Positions 16,214 through 16,718 of a DNA stretch of 16,718 bases are shown here, piece after piece. The notes beneath the pieces are model-generated. The model saw only the letters and a list, made by a program, of their open reading frames with translations. It did no database searches and had not been told where the DNA came from. Where the stretch lies: contig JBECKX010000113.1 in NCBI GenBank assembly GCA_040235515.1, forward strand, positions 1 to 16,718, written 5' to 3'. Source of the stretch: Candidatus Zixiibacteriota bacterium (GTDB lineage Bacteria > Zixibacteria > MSB-5A5 > CAIYYT01). Position numbers and translations under genes: made by a program. Positions within the stretch are counted from its first letter, which is position 1. Every line of letters starts with the position of its first letter.

Positions 16214-16477
16214 AGTGACTATCTCAGGTTTCTGTACCGGGAACAATAGCTAAACGAGCCAGATCGCGACAGCGATGGCATTCTCTGGAATTGCGGTGCT
16301 CTTGAATGAGACAAGCTGATATCGGCCAATCTCTTACTGTTGAAATCGATCCGCTGCGCAGGCTCACCCTGTTGAACAAATCTCGTCGGTGTCCGTGGCG
16401 GCTGGCTGCGTATAACTGGATCGAAGTTAACTTGTCTCTGGTCCGGATAATTCTTGAGGTAAAGAGAGGTAAGTCTG

Positions 16478-16718
16478 ATGAGCAGCGAGCAGTTGGTGCC
16501 TGAGACGAAAGGCGTTGCAGTGGAGCTATTGGCGACTGTCGATCTTGGTCCTGAGATCGATGGCATGCAGGGGCGGCAGCTTCGGATGCGTAAGGTGACA
16601 ATCGACGCCGGAGGTGTCTTCGGTCCGGTTCACGATCATGTGGACAGACCCGGAGTTGTCTACATCCTGCAGGGAACGATCACCGACCATCGAGACGGCA
16701 TCGCCACCGATTATGGAC
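16478..16718 (+). CDS. Cupin-domain protein, 5' part (runs off the window; absent from the ORF track)
   Basis: SD GAGAGGT precedes ATG 16478. The frame is open to the window end: MSSEQLVPETKGVAVELLATVDLGPEIDGMQGRQLRMRKVTIDAGGVFGPVHDHVDRPGVVYILQGTITDHRDGIATDYG. It contains cupin motif 1 (G-x5-H-x-H...VYILQG). Confidence 0.85.
   Translation, partial: MSSEQLVPETKGVAVELLATVDLGPEIDGMQGRQLRMRKVTIDAGGVFGPVHDHVDRPGVVYILQGTITDHRDGIATDYG

Noticed and set aside
16219..16601. Minus-strand 115/125-aa ORFs and a plus-strand 65-aa ORF upstream of ppc
   Set aside because: They overlap the better-supported cupin gene and the divergent promoter region, with no protein-like features.

Overview
Bacterial chromosomal window with no recognisable mobile element, rRNA/tRNA or CRISPR. 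In order it holds: a DJ-1/PfpI (Hsp31-like) protein with a predicted signal peptide; a DUF4153-like polytopic membrane protein; a selenocysteine peroxiredoxin (PrxU type, minus strand); and, divergently, a heavy-metal efflux operon. The ORF track splits the peroxiredoxin into two ORFs at an in-frame UGA that is followed by a SECIS-like hairpin. The efflux operon comprises a 104-aa Cys-rich leader ORF ending in DRPP, a CzcB-like adaptor with four W-C-x2-H-x2-PES-x-C-x2-C repeats, and a CzcA-family RND pump, with no outer-membrane factor gene in the operon. Downstream are an orphan cytoplasmic 7-PAS hybrid histidine kinase bracketed by a 14-bp direct repeat, phosphoenolpyruvate carboxylase (ppc), and the 5' part of a cupin gene missed by the ORF track. 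The most interesting area is 2960-9160: UGA recoding, a possible two-start PrxU, and a putative metal-sensing arrest-peptide leader controlling an unusual RND system.
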